Made by a program: the position numbers and the translations under genes. A DNA stretch of 56,692 nucleotides, filler included, from Squatina squatina (taxonomy: Eukaryota): NCBI GenBank assembly GCA_031763465.1. It is 4 parts of 4 records of this genome, joined end to end, with 100 filler letters (N's around TTAATTAATTAA, not from the genome) between each part and the next. Parts side by side here need not be neighbours in the genome. Positions count along the whole stretch, not along the records: positions 29,617 to 43,354 come from JARFOE010000080.1; positions 43,455 to 56,692 come from JARFOE010000233.1; 2 more parts are not named here. The stretch is one strand, 5' to 3'. Position 1 is the first letter of the stretch. Every line of letters begins with the position of its first letter. Shown in pieces: positions 36,550 to 48,809 of the stretch. The notes beneath the pieces were generated by a model. That model did not search any database, was not told the DNA's origin, and saw nothing but the letters and a program-made list of their open reading frames with translations.

Positions 36550-37530
36550 GTTTTTCAAGATCAGTTCTTGCCACCAACACCACCCTCGCTCACCCACCAC
36601 CACCCCACCCTCCCTGCCCACCCGCCATATTGGAGGCTAAGAAGCCTGATTGGCACCTGAAAAGCAGGCACTGCACGGCCAAATGTCCCTGAGTTTTGGA
36701 CGTTAAAGGCCCAAAATCCATGTGCGCCATGCTTCAAACGCTGCAGCACACAAGAGTGCCCCATTACCGTTGTGATCGTCCAGGGGACGCAGAATTGGTT
36801 AAAGTTTTTGAAAAATCCAGGCATGGCGCTGTTGCAGGCACTGAGAGCTGCAAAGAGGCGCTGGAGGGGAGCTCTTTTGAATTCTGCAACCAGTTTCATG
36901 TTACACATCTCGTTAAGCAAATACATTGCCACTGCCTTGTTTCTCATAAAGGCTTGTGTGCTCAGAGTTCCACAGCTCATTGGGCTCACTCGGATCTGTG
37001 TGAGCAAAGGAATCTTGAATCACAGAAGTGTCTCAACTAAGTTGAAGGAGTCGTCGCTTTACTGATGCAGCACTTGATACCTTAGTGGCTGCCATGGAGA
37101 ATAGGAGGGTACAGTTGTACCCTCCATCGGGAAGAAGACCTGCACCCTGAGGATATTCCCACCGAGGTGTCAGCATCTGATGTGGGCCAGAGATTCCCAA
37201 CCCAGTGCTGCAAGAAGTTTAATGACTTAACTCGATTGGTGCAGGTGAGTGACACTTGTACTGTGCATGAGAAGTTGGTCATTGCAGCATCGATGAACAG
37301 TTGATCACTAAATGCAGTCATTATGCCTTACTCATTGATAAGTTAGACTCTTCTCAGCTGCCCATATCTTCAGTAAAAGCTGACCATACTGATGTTGACA
37401 TTCAATAATGCTGAAACACTGCTGTTTCATTTGCAGGCCAAGGTCACGGCTAATTGTGCTGAGCAGCGGCGCACCGGTGGGAGACCAGCAACCATTGTGA
37501 CCCTGACTGACCTTGAGGAAAGGGCCCTTC
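36550..37530 (+). mobile_element. Harbinger relic with a decayed two-exon Myb/SANT gene
   Basis: RRFTDAALDTLVAAMENRRVQLYPPSGRRP...PTQCCKKFNDLTRLVQ|gtgagt (about 37050-37244), then ttgcag|AKVTANCAEQRRTGGRPATIVTLTDLEERAL (37438-37530). Confidence 0.75.
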
Positions 37531-40500
37531 NNNNNNNNNNNNNNNNNNNNNNNNNNNNNNNNNNNNNNNNNNNNNNNNNNNNNNNNNNNNNNNNNNNNNN
37601 NNNNNNNNNNNNNNNNNNNNNNNNNNNNNNTCAGACCACTGGACAGTTCTTATGTTGTTTGGTTTGAAAGGGACCTGCACTCAGCGGCCTCGGCCCATCC
37701 ATCTGTGCCTCACTCTGTCTGTAAAGTCACCCATTTCTAGCATTTTCAAAACAAAAAGGAATGATGTTTTAAATATGGGTAAGGTGATGATGCTGTTGTA
37801 GTGGTGGGACCAGCAGTAGCTATTATTAAAGACCGTAGTTAGAGCAGTGTGCAGGCATTAACATTGGTGACTTGGTCCAAAGCTTGCAGATTGCAGAAAT
37901 AAATATAGGAGATAAAGAGGGACAGAGCCTGAAAATCTCAAATTCAGTGAAACATAAAGGTGGCAGATGGAAAGATGGATAAAAAAAAAGCCAGACTGAT
38001 GATATGGGAAAGACAACGGGTTGCAATTACATTTAAGTAATGTTAAAATCAGAATTGAAATGATTACCCCCTTTACATTTTTTTTTACACATTGCAAGAG
38101 TGTATTCATTGTAGAGAGAAAGGAAAAGAGAAAGAGAGAGATATTAAATTGGACCCGAAGAGATGGGCTGGCACTGGTTCAGCTTATTTTTTGTCGCAAG
38201 GGTTAGCACAAGGCTCTCTGAAAGGTTTTTGCTGGTTGAAGCAGTCTGTTTTCAGACTTGCAGCAGCAGCAAGTGGCTGCAGGAAAGGAATAACATTACA
38301 GATGTCACTCTTCAGGAAGTGGTAGCGACATTAAACCTGATGGAAAAGAGTAACCAGCAAGTGCAGGTCAATAGCAAACCAAAAGGCTCTTTAGATCATA
38401 TTTCATTGTGCTGTTGATATTATATTATATTCAGTTGTAAGCCAGGGTAGTAATGTGGTTGTTTATCTGGGGAGATGCTGGCTGAGAGAGAAGATGAGCA
38501 AATAAGAATGCTTGCACCTTTGNNNNNNNNNNNNNNNNNNNNNNNNNNNNNNNNNNNNNNNNNNNNNNNNNNNNNNNNNNNNNNNNNNNNNNNNNNNNNN
38601 NNNNNNNNNNNNNNNNNNNNNNGAGGTGTTTAGCAAAGGGATCAACCAATCTCCTTTTGGTTTCCCCATTGTCAACAGCGAATACAGTATAGTAAATTGA
38701 AATGGTATGAGTTTGGCATTTTTCTTGGACCCCAATTATTTGCACTGATGTCCCCACACTTTTTAACGTTTGGGCATAAGCTAATAAGACTGATGGGAAA
38801 TTTGAGCATAATTTGACATCGGGAGAATGGGTGTCAGTTCGAGTGCAACTTCCAGATTGTACCTCCTAAAGGAATTTCCAGGCCTTTATGGGTAGCGTGA
38901 TAGGTCAATGATATGCTTTGCTCATGTATTAGTTGGATAGTGACAGGATCCTATTTTCAGTTGTCTCTAGTTTCCATGTAATTGGCAGTGAAATGTTCAG
39001 TTGATCTGTGTGTGGTAAGTACTGCATGGACACCCATTGTCCAGAGCATCTGTTATTGACATCTTGGCAACACATGCTGTGATGTAACATAGTAGGTCAT
39101 GGGAACATGGGGGATGGCAGTATAATTACTCATACTTGGTTGTAACTGGGCAGTGACACATTGGAAGTAACATCACTGCCCATGACCAATGCCTAATTGG
39201 TGACCCCCCCACAAGGAAATACGGGTCTTTGCCATCATGCAAAGCTTGCTGGCAAATAACATTTACATAAATGGAATATCAGAGTGTCAGTGTCTAAGAG
39301 AAGAACTGTACAAACAAGATGTTGACTAAAGCCCAGTATAAAACTCTCTAGGGGCCCCAAACTAAGAATATATTTCTGTAATCGTAACTGCTCTGCTGAA
39401 CTGTGTGCAGAGAGAACTGCATGCAAGGCTACATGGACAATTGTAAATAAACTGCAGCCTACAAATTAGAGGGCATAGNNNNNNNNNNNNNNNNNNNNNN
39501 NNNNNNNNNNNNNNNNNNNNNNNNNNNNNNNNNNNNNNNNNNNNNNNNNNNNNNNNNNNNNNNNNNNNNNNNNNNNNNNNNNNNNNNNNNNNNNNNNNNN
39601 NNNNNNNNNNNNNNNNNNNNNNNNNNNNNNNNNNNNNNNNNNNNNNNNNNNNNNNNNNNNNNNNNNNNNNNNNNNNNNNNNNNNNNNNNNNNNNNNNNNN
39701 NNNNNNNNNNNNNNNNNNNNNNNNNNNNNNNNNNNNNNNNNNNNNNNNNNNNNNNNNNNNNNNNNNNNNNNNNNNNNNNNNNNNNNNNNNNNNNNNNNNN
39801 NNNNNNNNNNNNNNNNNNNNNNNNNNNNNNNNNNNNNNNNNNNNNNNNNNNNNNNNNNNNNNNNNNNNNNNNNNNNNNNNNNNNNNNNNNNNNNNNNNNN
39901 NNNNNNNNNNNNNNNNNNNNNNNNNNNNNNNNNNNNNNNNNNNNNNNNNNNNNNNNNNNNNNNNNNNNNNNNNNNNNNNNNNNNNNNNNNNNNNNNNNNN
40001 NNNNNNNNNNNNNNNNNNNNNNNNNNNNNNNNNNNNNNNNNNNNNNNNNNNNNNNNNNNCTCTCTACGATGAATATGTTAATAAAGCTACCAGCAGCAGG
40101 AAACAGGATCTGTCTGATAGAGTTTTATCAACTCACAATTAATTTTATGTGTTGGGATCCATCTCTAGTCACTGTGCAGTAATTAATCCTCCCTGTTGGT
40201 GAAAACATAAGTGCTAGAAGTGCAAAGCTGTTATGCCACACTCTCAATGGACAACCTCTGCAGAGCAGGAAGTGTTCAGTGATAAATGTATGCTCTTACC
40301 TTTATGTCAAAAAGTAATTTCAGTGCCACCCACAAATAGTGAATTCTCATTTTGGGCAAATTAATAGACAGGAATTCATTTCTGAGCATTAATTCCCGAT
40401 ATGTCATTATAGAATTCTGGCAAGCAATGCAATCCAAAATGAATTTTCTTTTAGCAACATCTGTCCAGTTTGTTAGGGTGCTGTGAGGAAACCAACAACA

Positions 40501-41271
40501 ACAGCTGCTCTGTGTGTCATTGGCAAAGAGGGAAAGTTAATATGAGTGGGAGAGTAAGGGGGTGATGGGGGGAGGAACAGATATAAAGTGGATACATGTT
40601 TGAAAATGATAATATACAGAAATCATTCTACCTCCTGCATATAATAATTGGGGGTCTTGCCCAGATTATGTTTGCATTCTTTATTTTATATTTGTGTCAG
40701 TATAGAATTGTTGAAACTATTTTGTAATTGTTTTTTTATATAGGATGTTCCATGCACTCATCAAGTTAAAGATTGGAAATTAAAGTGTTGTTACCAGGGT
40801 TTTGGTAAATTGTGAAAGCTGTGGAAACTGATTGTATTATGTCCACTCAAACTGAAGAACACGCAGCAGTGCCAATATAAACCTGCTTTTATTTTAATTC
40901 AGATCCTGAGAGTTTGGTTGTTTACGCGGTGTCCCTGGTGGGTGCACCAGGCTCTTGCCAAAGTTAGGGGCCAGTGTTTCAAGCTGGCCCATTTATTAAT
41001 CAAAGGCCAGAAATTGGAAAATTCTGGTGGAAAAGGAGCATTTCCACACTGCCGATCTTGTGGCCTTTCTGTATCAAAGTGTTAATTTAAGGAAGAATTC
41101 ACCAATTCTGTGCTCATGAGTTGGAGAATCATCACTCCAGCATTGTAGTCCTTTCTCTGTCCCATGTTCCCTTTTGGCATGAGTGGCTCGCAGGACAGCT
41201 TGTGTTAGTGGAGCTGGCCTTAAGTTTTGAGAATCACTAATTCCTTTGGCCCACCAAAGAAGTAATCTATG

Positions 41272-41387
41272 CACATGGACAAAAGAGCTGAATTCCAGAG
41301 GTGAGGTCACAGTGACTGCCCTTGACATCAAGGCAGCATTTGATCGAGTGTGGCATCAAGGAGCCCTAGTAAAACTGAAGTCAATGG
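41272..41387 (+). mobile_element. Non-LTR retrotransposon RT fragment (CR1/L2 group)
   Basis: TWTKELNSRGEVTVTALDIKAAFDRVWHQGALVKLKSM contains RT motif LD..KAFD.V.H. Confidence 0.88.
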
Positions 41388-41957
41388 NNNNNNNNNNNNN
41401 NNNNNNNNNNNNNNNNNNNNNNNNNNNNNNNNNNNNNNNNNNNNNNNNNNNNNNNNNNNNNNNNNNNNNNNNNNNNNNNNNNNNNNNCTCCAGAAGCAGC
41501 CGAACGAAAGGGAAAGATAATCTCTGGCCTGGCCCTGTTGAACCAAGCATGTTTGGGTCAGCTTGCTGTTGTTGAGTTTTTGTGCCTTTTTTTTGTTGCT
41601 GAATCAATGCTGACAGGATCAGCTTCCAAGCATAATGAGCCTATTCTGGATATATATCCGTTAATCTCAGAGAAACTGAAGCTGTGCTGCTCAGAGGTAC
41701 AGTTGTGGAGCCAACTCATTTCATCACCCTGCTATGCAAAGTGAGACTTTAGTTTAATTGGCTGTAGTAGTTTTAAAAAATTGTTTGATTTTACGGCGGT
41801 AAATCTATATAGTAGAAGAGATAGTAGAGTGAATTTTAACAGTTTGTATCAGCAGAGCAAAGCTTGCAAGTGTATATCAGGGATTTGGGTATGGAGGTCA
41901 CTGGGCCCCACAAGATTTTTCTGTAGCACCCACTGGGCAAAACTCTGTACCAGGAGT

Positions 41958-42019
41958 GAAACGTAGGAACAGCAGGCCATTCAGCCCTCGAGCCTGTTCT
42001 GCCATTCAATTAGATCATG
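41958..42019 (-). mobile_element. HER1/CR1 LINE 3' tail
   Basis: Reverse complement catgatctaattgaatggcagaacaggctcgagggctgaatggcctgctgttcc is homologous to 20892-20975. Confidence 0.8.
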
Positions 42020-43354
42020 NNNNNNNNNNNNNNNNNNNNNNNNNNNNNNNNNNNNNNNNNNNNNNNNNNNNNNNNNNNNNNNNNNNNNNNNNNNNNNNNN
42101 NNNNNNNNNNNNNNNNNNNAATGCAAAATGGACAATAGTGGATCGGCAACACATTCTATGCCCCCGCTCGCTCACCTATTCCAATTTCACCCCCACAAAC
42201 CGCACAGTCTCGAAGTGTTCACTTCTGTGATATGTGCTCCTGGTGCACTAAGAGTGGGTCAGAGTGAATTTTTCCCTCTTCGTTGTCAGTAATGTCTGTC
42301 TTGTATCCCTTTGTTGACCAATGTCTGTTCAAATGTAACCTGCTGAAAAGAGTCAGAGAGATAGAGATAAAAGGTTGATACTCACTATAAGCAAGTTTCT
42401 CGAGAGGAGAACTGTTTAGATGATGCAAATTCCCCTGTGTTAAGCAACTAATTTACAGCATGCATACAGGATCACTATGGATTTATCAATCATATTTAAA
42501 CACAGAAATGCCTGAAATTGACATTGTGGCTGAGACAAAGGAACATCATCCCTGGATTCAAAACCGTCAGCTCAAATCAGTGCGGACGATTACCACTTAA
42601 TCGAGATTTTGCCAGAGTTTTATCACATATATGAGAAAGACTGAGCAAATGACCATCCCAAACTTAAAATTCAGAACGGTCATCTTGTTTTTAAGAGAGT
42701 CATATCGAAGTACAGCTCAAAGCGAACATGGTACTCTTTCTCTCGCTCTGTCACTTTAGTAGGTTAAAGACAGCCCGTCTAAAAGCATTATGCTACCTCA
42801 GGGAATCTGATCTCCTACTTTGCCATCAAGTTGGGCCCAAAGTGCAGAAGGAACAGGCTTGAGTTAGCAGAAACATTCCTCTACTTGTCACCCGTGGAGG
42901 TAAGTAGGAGTGCAGGCCTCGCCTGGGATCATCTTGCAGCCATCACATTGAGGGCATTGTGCTGCCTCAGAGACAGGCGACGCCAAAGCAGCACACCCTG
43001 ACAAGATGATAATGGAGTCTCAGATGGCTGAAAAATGCTTAAAAGCTTTTCTCCACGATTGCATTCCTGTCACTCTGACATTTTCCTAAAAACAAGTCTC
43101 CATTAGAGCGTTTTGTCAGCAGGTTTAATAGGAAGGAGTTAGTGTATCAAAGAATGATGAAAGAAGCGTAACTTTTATTTAGCCTTAATTTAAGACTTTA
43201 CAGATATCGTACTTCTTATCAGGGTGGCCGTCTAAATTAGTCTCCTTCCTGTATGAGCTAATATCTTAATTTGTTTAGATTCTTTTCCATTAATAGCTTC
43301 CTATGGAAAGCAAAGGGACAATGGTTTATGTTCAATGGAGCACGTACTTCGATT

Positions 43355-43454
43355 NNNNNNNNNNNNNNNNNNNNNNNNNNNNNNNNNNNNNNNNNNNNTT
43401 AATTAATTAANNNNNNNNNNNNNNNNNNNNNNNNNNNNNNNNNNNNNNNNNNNN
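43355..43454. other. Artificial scaffold linker
   Basis: N44-TTAATTAATTAA(43399-410)-N44. Confidence 0.97.
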
Positions 43455-44158
43455 TAAGCCCCACAGCAAGGTAAAATGAAAAAAAAATGATCATTTTTTT
43501 TTAAATACACTCATAATTACACTAAAGAACTATGGGTTTTGTAGGCCTGTTAGCTACAGGTAAAAATCTTAATCTATAGACTCAAAAACATGAGGATGAT
43601 CATGACAGGTGTTAATAAGGATTACAAATAAACATCCTCTGGGGCTGGTAATTTGACACTATTGCTGTTAACCATATTTAATTCACACATCCTGGTTCAA
43701 AGTACCTTTAACTTGATTGATTATTTCTGATCAAAAGCAAGCAGCCTTCTCCCACAGCTCATCCCAGTAGAATTACAGGAAGTGCTCTTATGGTGCATCA
43801 ACTCTGAACAACTTGGCAAACCTGATATTAGCATGCCAAAATACTTACTCCCCTTCAAAGGGGCACTCTAGCAAGAAGCTAGACATCTTGTCTCCAAGCA
43901 TACACAGGCTTTAATGAATGTATAATTACTGTTTTGTGCATGGTGCTTAAAACTATGATTTAAAGTTAAGTGACAAGAGAAACCATGGACAAAAAGTAAA
44001 TTTTTTTAATATAACTTCTCTCAATCATAATACTAAATCTTTGGCATGAAAGATTTAGTTTCCTTCTGAACTTGATGCCTCCAGTTTACGAAGCAGTGTC
44101 GGAAGTTGAAATTAATTTTGTCTAAAGATTGCAGTTGATCACCCTCTTGTAAACTTAC

Positions 44159-44243
44159 CATGTGCTACAACAAATGGGTTCCAACAAAGTCTGCCCAGCA
44201 ACTGACCAATCAGCGGAAATAATTTTAACGCTGCAGTAGTGTT
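44159..44243 (-). CDS. FANCC: Fanconi anemia group C protein, second coding exon
   Basis: Acceptor tcttgttacag and donor G|gtaagt, 85 nt. NTTAALKLFPLIGQLLGRLCWNPFVVAH versus human [28 protein letters not shown]. Not present in the supplied ORF track. Confidence 0.9.
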
Positions 44244-44599
44244 CTGTAACAAGAGATATGTATATCAAAATTAACCATTAAACTTTAGTGGCTTCTGAAA
44301 ACTAATTTCTATCGTGTTACTTTTCTGAAAGGTATCATTTATTCAAGGGCTTGGGTAATTTGCATCTGTTACAGGACTTATCCAATACAGTATCACAAAT
44401 ATATGATGTCACTATATACAATAACGAGTAAACAAAGAAATGTATTTAGATTCCATCATTTTCAAAATTTAACTTCAGCGACTTGTAGCAATAAGGAAAC
44501 CAAAAACAATGCCGTTCATAAATAGGGTGCAAAATACTTTAACGATTAAAAGTCTAATGCAACGGCAAACATCATCATGCCAAAGTACATAATTTAAAT

Positions 44600-45342
44600 T
44601 TAAAACGCGAGGAATACATCTCCCCGTAACACACATACCTATACCGATCCATACCGACAACAACACGGGACCGTCACATTCCGACAGCCAATCACATCAC
44701 CCTTCGCTGTCACATGCCTTTTAGGAACATGGCCCCCGCCAAACTAACCTGGCAGTGGACGCCCCGCCTCAGGACCCTTTTGATTGGTTATATGGACGGC
44801 AACAAACACTGCGAATGCACTCGAGGGAAATGTCGTATTCTGCTTCCCGATTGGTTAGCCACACGTCAATTATAGCCGTTCCTCCATTTCCGCTCCACGG
44901 GATTGGATAATCGCAGCTCGATCGGAGTGCGCGAGGGAGGCGGCTTATTTTTTTTGTTGTGTTTTTTTTAAAACATTTTTTTAAAGTCTCGATTGACCTC
45001 GAGCGGTGTGAGGCCGTTGAAAGTGCGAAAAAAATTGTTATCGTTTTGGGGTTTCTCCCCCCCTCCCCCCACACAAACTGCGGCGGGGCGGGAGGCGGTT
45101 GTCGGTCCCCGTCCGTCCGTTCATGGACGCGCAGAGAGCGGCTGCGAGTCGAGGCGACAGCGGCAGGTGGCGGCTCATGACAGCGTGCTAGGCGGCGGAG
45201 ATCGCCAGCTGGGGACGGCCGACAGCCACTCCCTGGGGACGGGGGAGCGGAGCAGGCCGCGGGGGGCTACCTAACTTCTAGATATTACTGCCTGTACTTT
45301 GTATTTTATTTTGCCCCCCTCCCTCCGGTTACTTTAAACCTT
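44600..45342. promoter_or_regulatory. CpG island with NF-Y (CCAAT) and GC boxes, inside a FANCC intron
   Basis: Dense CpG. CCAAT at 44688 and ATTGG at 44783, 44850 and 44902. CCCCGCC near 44734 and 44762, GGGGCGGG near 45085. No TIR or transposon signature seen. Confidence 0.75.
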
Positions 45343-45574
45343 NNNNNNNNNNNNNNNNNNNNNNNNNNNNNNNNNNNNNNNNNNNNNNNNNNNNNNNNNN
45401 NNNNNNNNNNNNNNNNNNNNNNNNNNNNNNNNNNNNNNNNNNGACTTATTATAACCTGCAGGACCATTATTAGCATGTTTAAAAGCTGTCCTTAATAATC
45501 TTTAAAATAACTTTCATAACACACTGCCACTAGCACAATGTACAAGATTTATTGGGTTTGTGACAAATGATAAG

Positions 45575-45726
45575 TAAGAGAAAGAGCAAGGGTACAAGGC
45601 CAAGTGAAAGGAAGCAAGAGATAGAAACAGAGGAATGGAGTGAGAGAGAAAAAAAAGAGAAAAAGAAAGTTAGTTAGAGAGAGAGACAGAGAAAGAAGAG
45701 AAGCGAAGAGACAAAAAGAAAAAAAA
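45575..45726 (+). repeat. Purine-rich (GA/GAA) low-complexity tract
   Basis: gagagagaaaaaaaagagaaaaagaaag...agagagagagacagagaaagaagagaagcgaagagac. Confidence 0.7.
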
Positions 45727-46296
45727 GTTTCCGCCCGTCTGTTTTGGGTGTAAAGCTATGAATTAAAATGAAAACTCTCCATAGATTACCTGCAAAAACA
45801 CAAAGATCCCATTACTATGGTATTTAGAGTACAATGTTTCTCTTAAACCAATATGCCTTGAAGAGTCAATTCTCATAAGTAATAAATTCTGGATACATTT
45901 ATAGGCATCTACTTTGAAATGTTTATGATGTCACCAGATCAACACTACAATCCGACTTGCAAGTGGAAAAACCTGCTAATTACTCAGTTCAAACCTTACA
46001 ATTGTTTATTTCAAAGAGTCAGGAAATTAGGCTACTTGATTGGCTAGGAAGTCTCATGTGACATCTCTACCAGTCTAGAGAAAGTCTCCTTTCATAATAA
46101 ATCAAAGTTACAGGAAATACATTCCTGTTAGCATTAAGTATGGCCTGGTTCCCAACTGGTCACACTGAGATCCAACAAAACATAACAAATAGGAACAGTC
46201 TCTCTGCTACTATTAACTTACTATTTGTCCCAATCTGTGTAACAGATTGTCTCTGGCTATGGCTTCAATGATTCTTTCCTTCCGTGAGTTGCTTAC

Positions 46297-46467
46297 CATA
46301 TGCTGTATAGCTCCATAAATCTGCTTCAGGAACTCCTGTAATTTAGGCAGGTGTAGGCAGACATCTTGCTGGGTTTCAAAAGTGGTGGTCTGGCCCCACT
46401 CAACAGCCTTATTCAACCAGTACTCAAAGCCAAAGCTGGAAGCTGGAATGGAAGTTCCGTTGGCCAT
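46297..46467 (-). CDS. FANCC: Fanconi anemia group C protein, first coding exon (exon spans 46297-46546 including 5'UTR)
   Basis: MANGTSIPASSFGFEYWLNKAVEWGQTTTFETQQDVCLHLPKLQEFLKQIYGAIQHM|gtaagc versus human ...W.Q.ST.ETQQDTCLH...QEFLRK.YEALKEM. Acceptor cattcttttgcag ends at 46547. Phase 0 joins the 44243 exon. Confidence 0.92.
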
Positions 46468-47605
46468 ACCACAAGCCACAAAGCTCAAAATCAAGTTTTA
46501 ATGGTCATTTAAAAGGAAAAGGATTCTTCCGCTAACACTGTGGAATCTGCAAAAGAATGAAGGGAATTTTTAATATTTTTTCAATGAGCCTTCTGAACAG
46601 TTTTTTGAAAATCAGGAGGTTCAAATATAATGAACCTTTTGTGCCAAAACGGCAGCAACTGAGTTCTAATAAGTAAATTACTTTAAAATGTGTTGCCCAG
46701 CTGGGGCTCAAATTTTTACCATCTGAATTTGTCATCACCAGCATTTCATTACAACAGCAATAAAATACTGCTTTGTACAAAGTAACAATTCAAACACAAT
46801 TTTGAAACATGTGCATGACACAAACATTTTAACCCTTCATGTTTATAGTGTGTCAGGGCCTTTATTTTATCCACAAAACATTAACATTTTTTTTAAAAGT
46901 AATGAGACGGCCATTGTTAAAATAGCTACCTTTGTTGACATTGGTGGCGAGACAGCCAGGGAGGGGAGAAATTACAGTAAAGATTTCAAAGGAAAAAAAT
47001 TCTAGATTTCTGGCATTTCATATACAGAGGGAAAAATAACAATGTGGTACTAAACAGTAACAAAATCAAGATGCAGATGAGGACATAAACCACCATAAAG
47101 CATTGCCTGAGCAGTTCATACAGTTGCAATCCCAGTTTTGTAGCCAGTTATGAAAGGATCTTGGTTGAAGCAAAACAAAAATTGACCAGTTACCAATTGA
47201 ACAGAGTAGAAGCATATAAACCCAGTGCCAAGGCCAGAGAGAGAAGAAAAAGATCCGAATGGACCTGGCCCTTAAGGCTAAAATAGCCTTTTCTTATTCC
47301 TATCTTAGAAAGCCCTTCCCCCAGCCTGTCAAGTCACTGGTCTTTTTTTTTTACTTTACCCATGCAGGAACCCAGCCTCCCCAATTGTTACTTAGCTTGT
47401 CCAGTGGATAAATGTAGCTTTGAGATTTCACCGGGTCACAGCAACAAATTACCCAAGCTGCAATACCAGCTAACAACTGTAGCAGTCAACAGGCTTCCAA
47501 TGTCTAGTATAAATCTATTTCTATAGGATACAATAATACTAACAAAGAGCACAATTGAGACATCCAAGGCAAAATCTCCTCTTTAAAAAAAAATATTGTC
47601 TGGTC

Positions 47606-47730
47606 ACTAGGTTGACTCCTGGGATGAAGGGGTTGCCTTCTGAGCAAAGTTTCAGCAGGTTGGGCCTATACTCATTGGAGTTTAGAAGAATGAGAGGTGA
47701 TCTTATTGAAACATACAAGATTCTGAGGGG
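47606..47730 (+). mobile_element. CR1/HER1 ORF2 C-terminal fragment
   Basis: TRLTPGMKGLPSEQSFSRLGLYSLEFRRMRGDLIETYKILR. Confidence 0.9.
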
Positions 47731-47830
47731 NNNNNNNNNNNNNNNNNNNNNNNNNNNNNNNNNNNNNNNNNNNNNNNNNNNNNNNNNNNNNNNNNNNNNN
47801 NNNNNNNNNNNNNNNNNNNNNNNNNNNNNN

Positions 47831-47940
47831 CAGTCAGGTCTCTGGGGAGATTGCAAAAAAAAGGGACATTTCAGCGATTTGCAGGTAATTGTCAGGACAC
47901 CGGGACGTTTGGCAAAAAACTAGGACGTCTGGTCACGTTA
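47831..47940. mobile_element. End of a hAT (Blackjack-like) DNA element
   Basis: Terminus reverse complement TAACGTGACCAGACGTCC resembles the TAGGGTGACCA TIR, with repeated subterminal (G)GGAC motifs. Confidence 0.55.
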
Positions 47941-48477
47941 TTTTAACCCCACTCCATTCCCACCGGGTGAGGATTCAGGTTCAATGACAGCAAACTTAGT
48001 TAGCTATTCTGTTTAATCTGCCTTTCAGTGGTCTGACACATGGGGGACAGACTTGTCACCTCATAACTATCCCTGTTCTGCTATGTAAAAAGAGGAAAAA
48101 TCTACTTAGTATGGGATTTTGTTCTCTTGGAGGAATGGTACAAATGTATTTAGTTTCCAGTTGTCCAGAATATATAGGGCAGTGTTATTTTTGTTTATAT
48201 AGTTGCAGTACTGTGGAGTAGTTGTTCCATTTCTTGGTTACTATGAATATGTACCTTTTTAACTTTTGTTTTTGTAGTCATTTTATTGGCAGGCGTGTGA
48301 ACATGTTGGCTTAGATAAATTTTCCAATTTTTAAAAAATATTTTATGGGATAATCTCTTCTTCTGTGAGCTCTGTGGTGAACTCATTCAATAATATATCA
48401 GGGTCCAAGTCAAACATAATGTCCTAGAGCTCCATCCTTTCATTTTATAGTGTTAGTTATATAGTAATGCTTTAATG

Positions 48478-48592
48478 TGTATGTGTGTGGGAGTGTATGT
48501 GTGTGGGTTTATGTGTTTAGATATTTATAGAATTGTGCGGTTGTGTGTGTGAAGTGGTAGGAGGGAGGGAGAGAGGGAAGGAAGGAAGGATT
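48478..48592 (+). repeat. Degenerate (TG)n followed by (GGA/GGAA)n
   Basis: tgtatgtgtgtgggagtgtatgtgtgtggg...gagggagggagagagggaaggaaggaagga. Confidence 0.6.
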
Positions 48593-48809
48593 CTATTGAG
48601 TGAAGTGTGCTATTTTTTAATTAAATCTGTCTGGATATAGAGACTTAGGTACCTTTCAGGATAAGCAAAGATCACAGAGAAGCTTTTAAAATACAACTGA
48701 GAGGAATTATATTGAATGTCACGTTTATTTTTCAGGAACTGTGTCTAGATATATGGGCCAATAATGCAATCTTTGATGCCCATTACATTTAAGCACCACA
48801 ATTGCCGGA

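Noticed and set aside
38256-38417. Acceptor ttttcag with open frame TCSSSKWLQERNNITDVTLQEVVATLNLMEK
   Set aside because: No recognisable homology and only weak donors.
44769-45274. ORFs of 73-101 aa in the CpG island
   Set aside because: They are expected from stop-codon depletion in GC-rich DNA, rely on non-ATG starts and show no homology.
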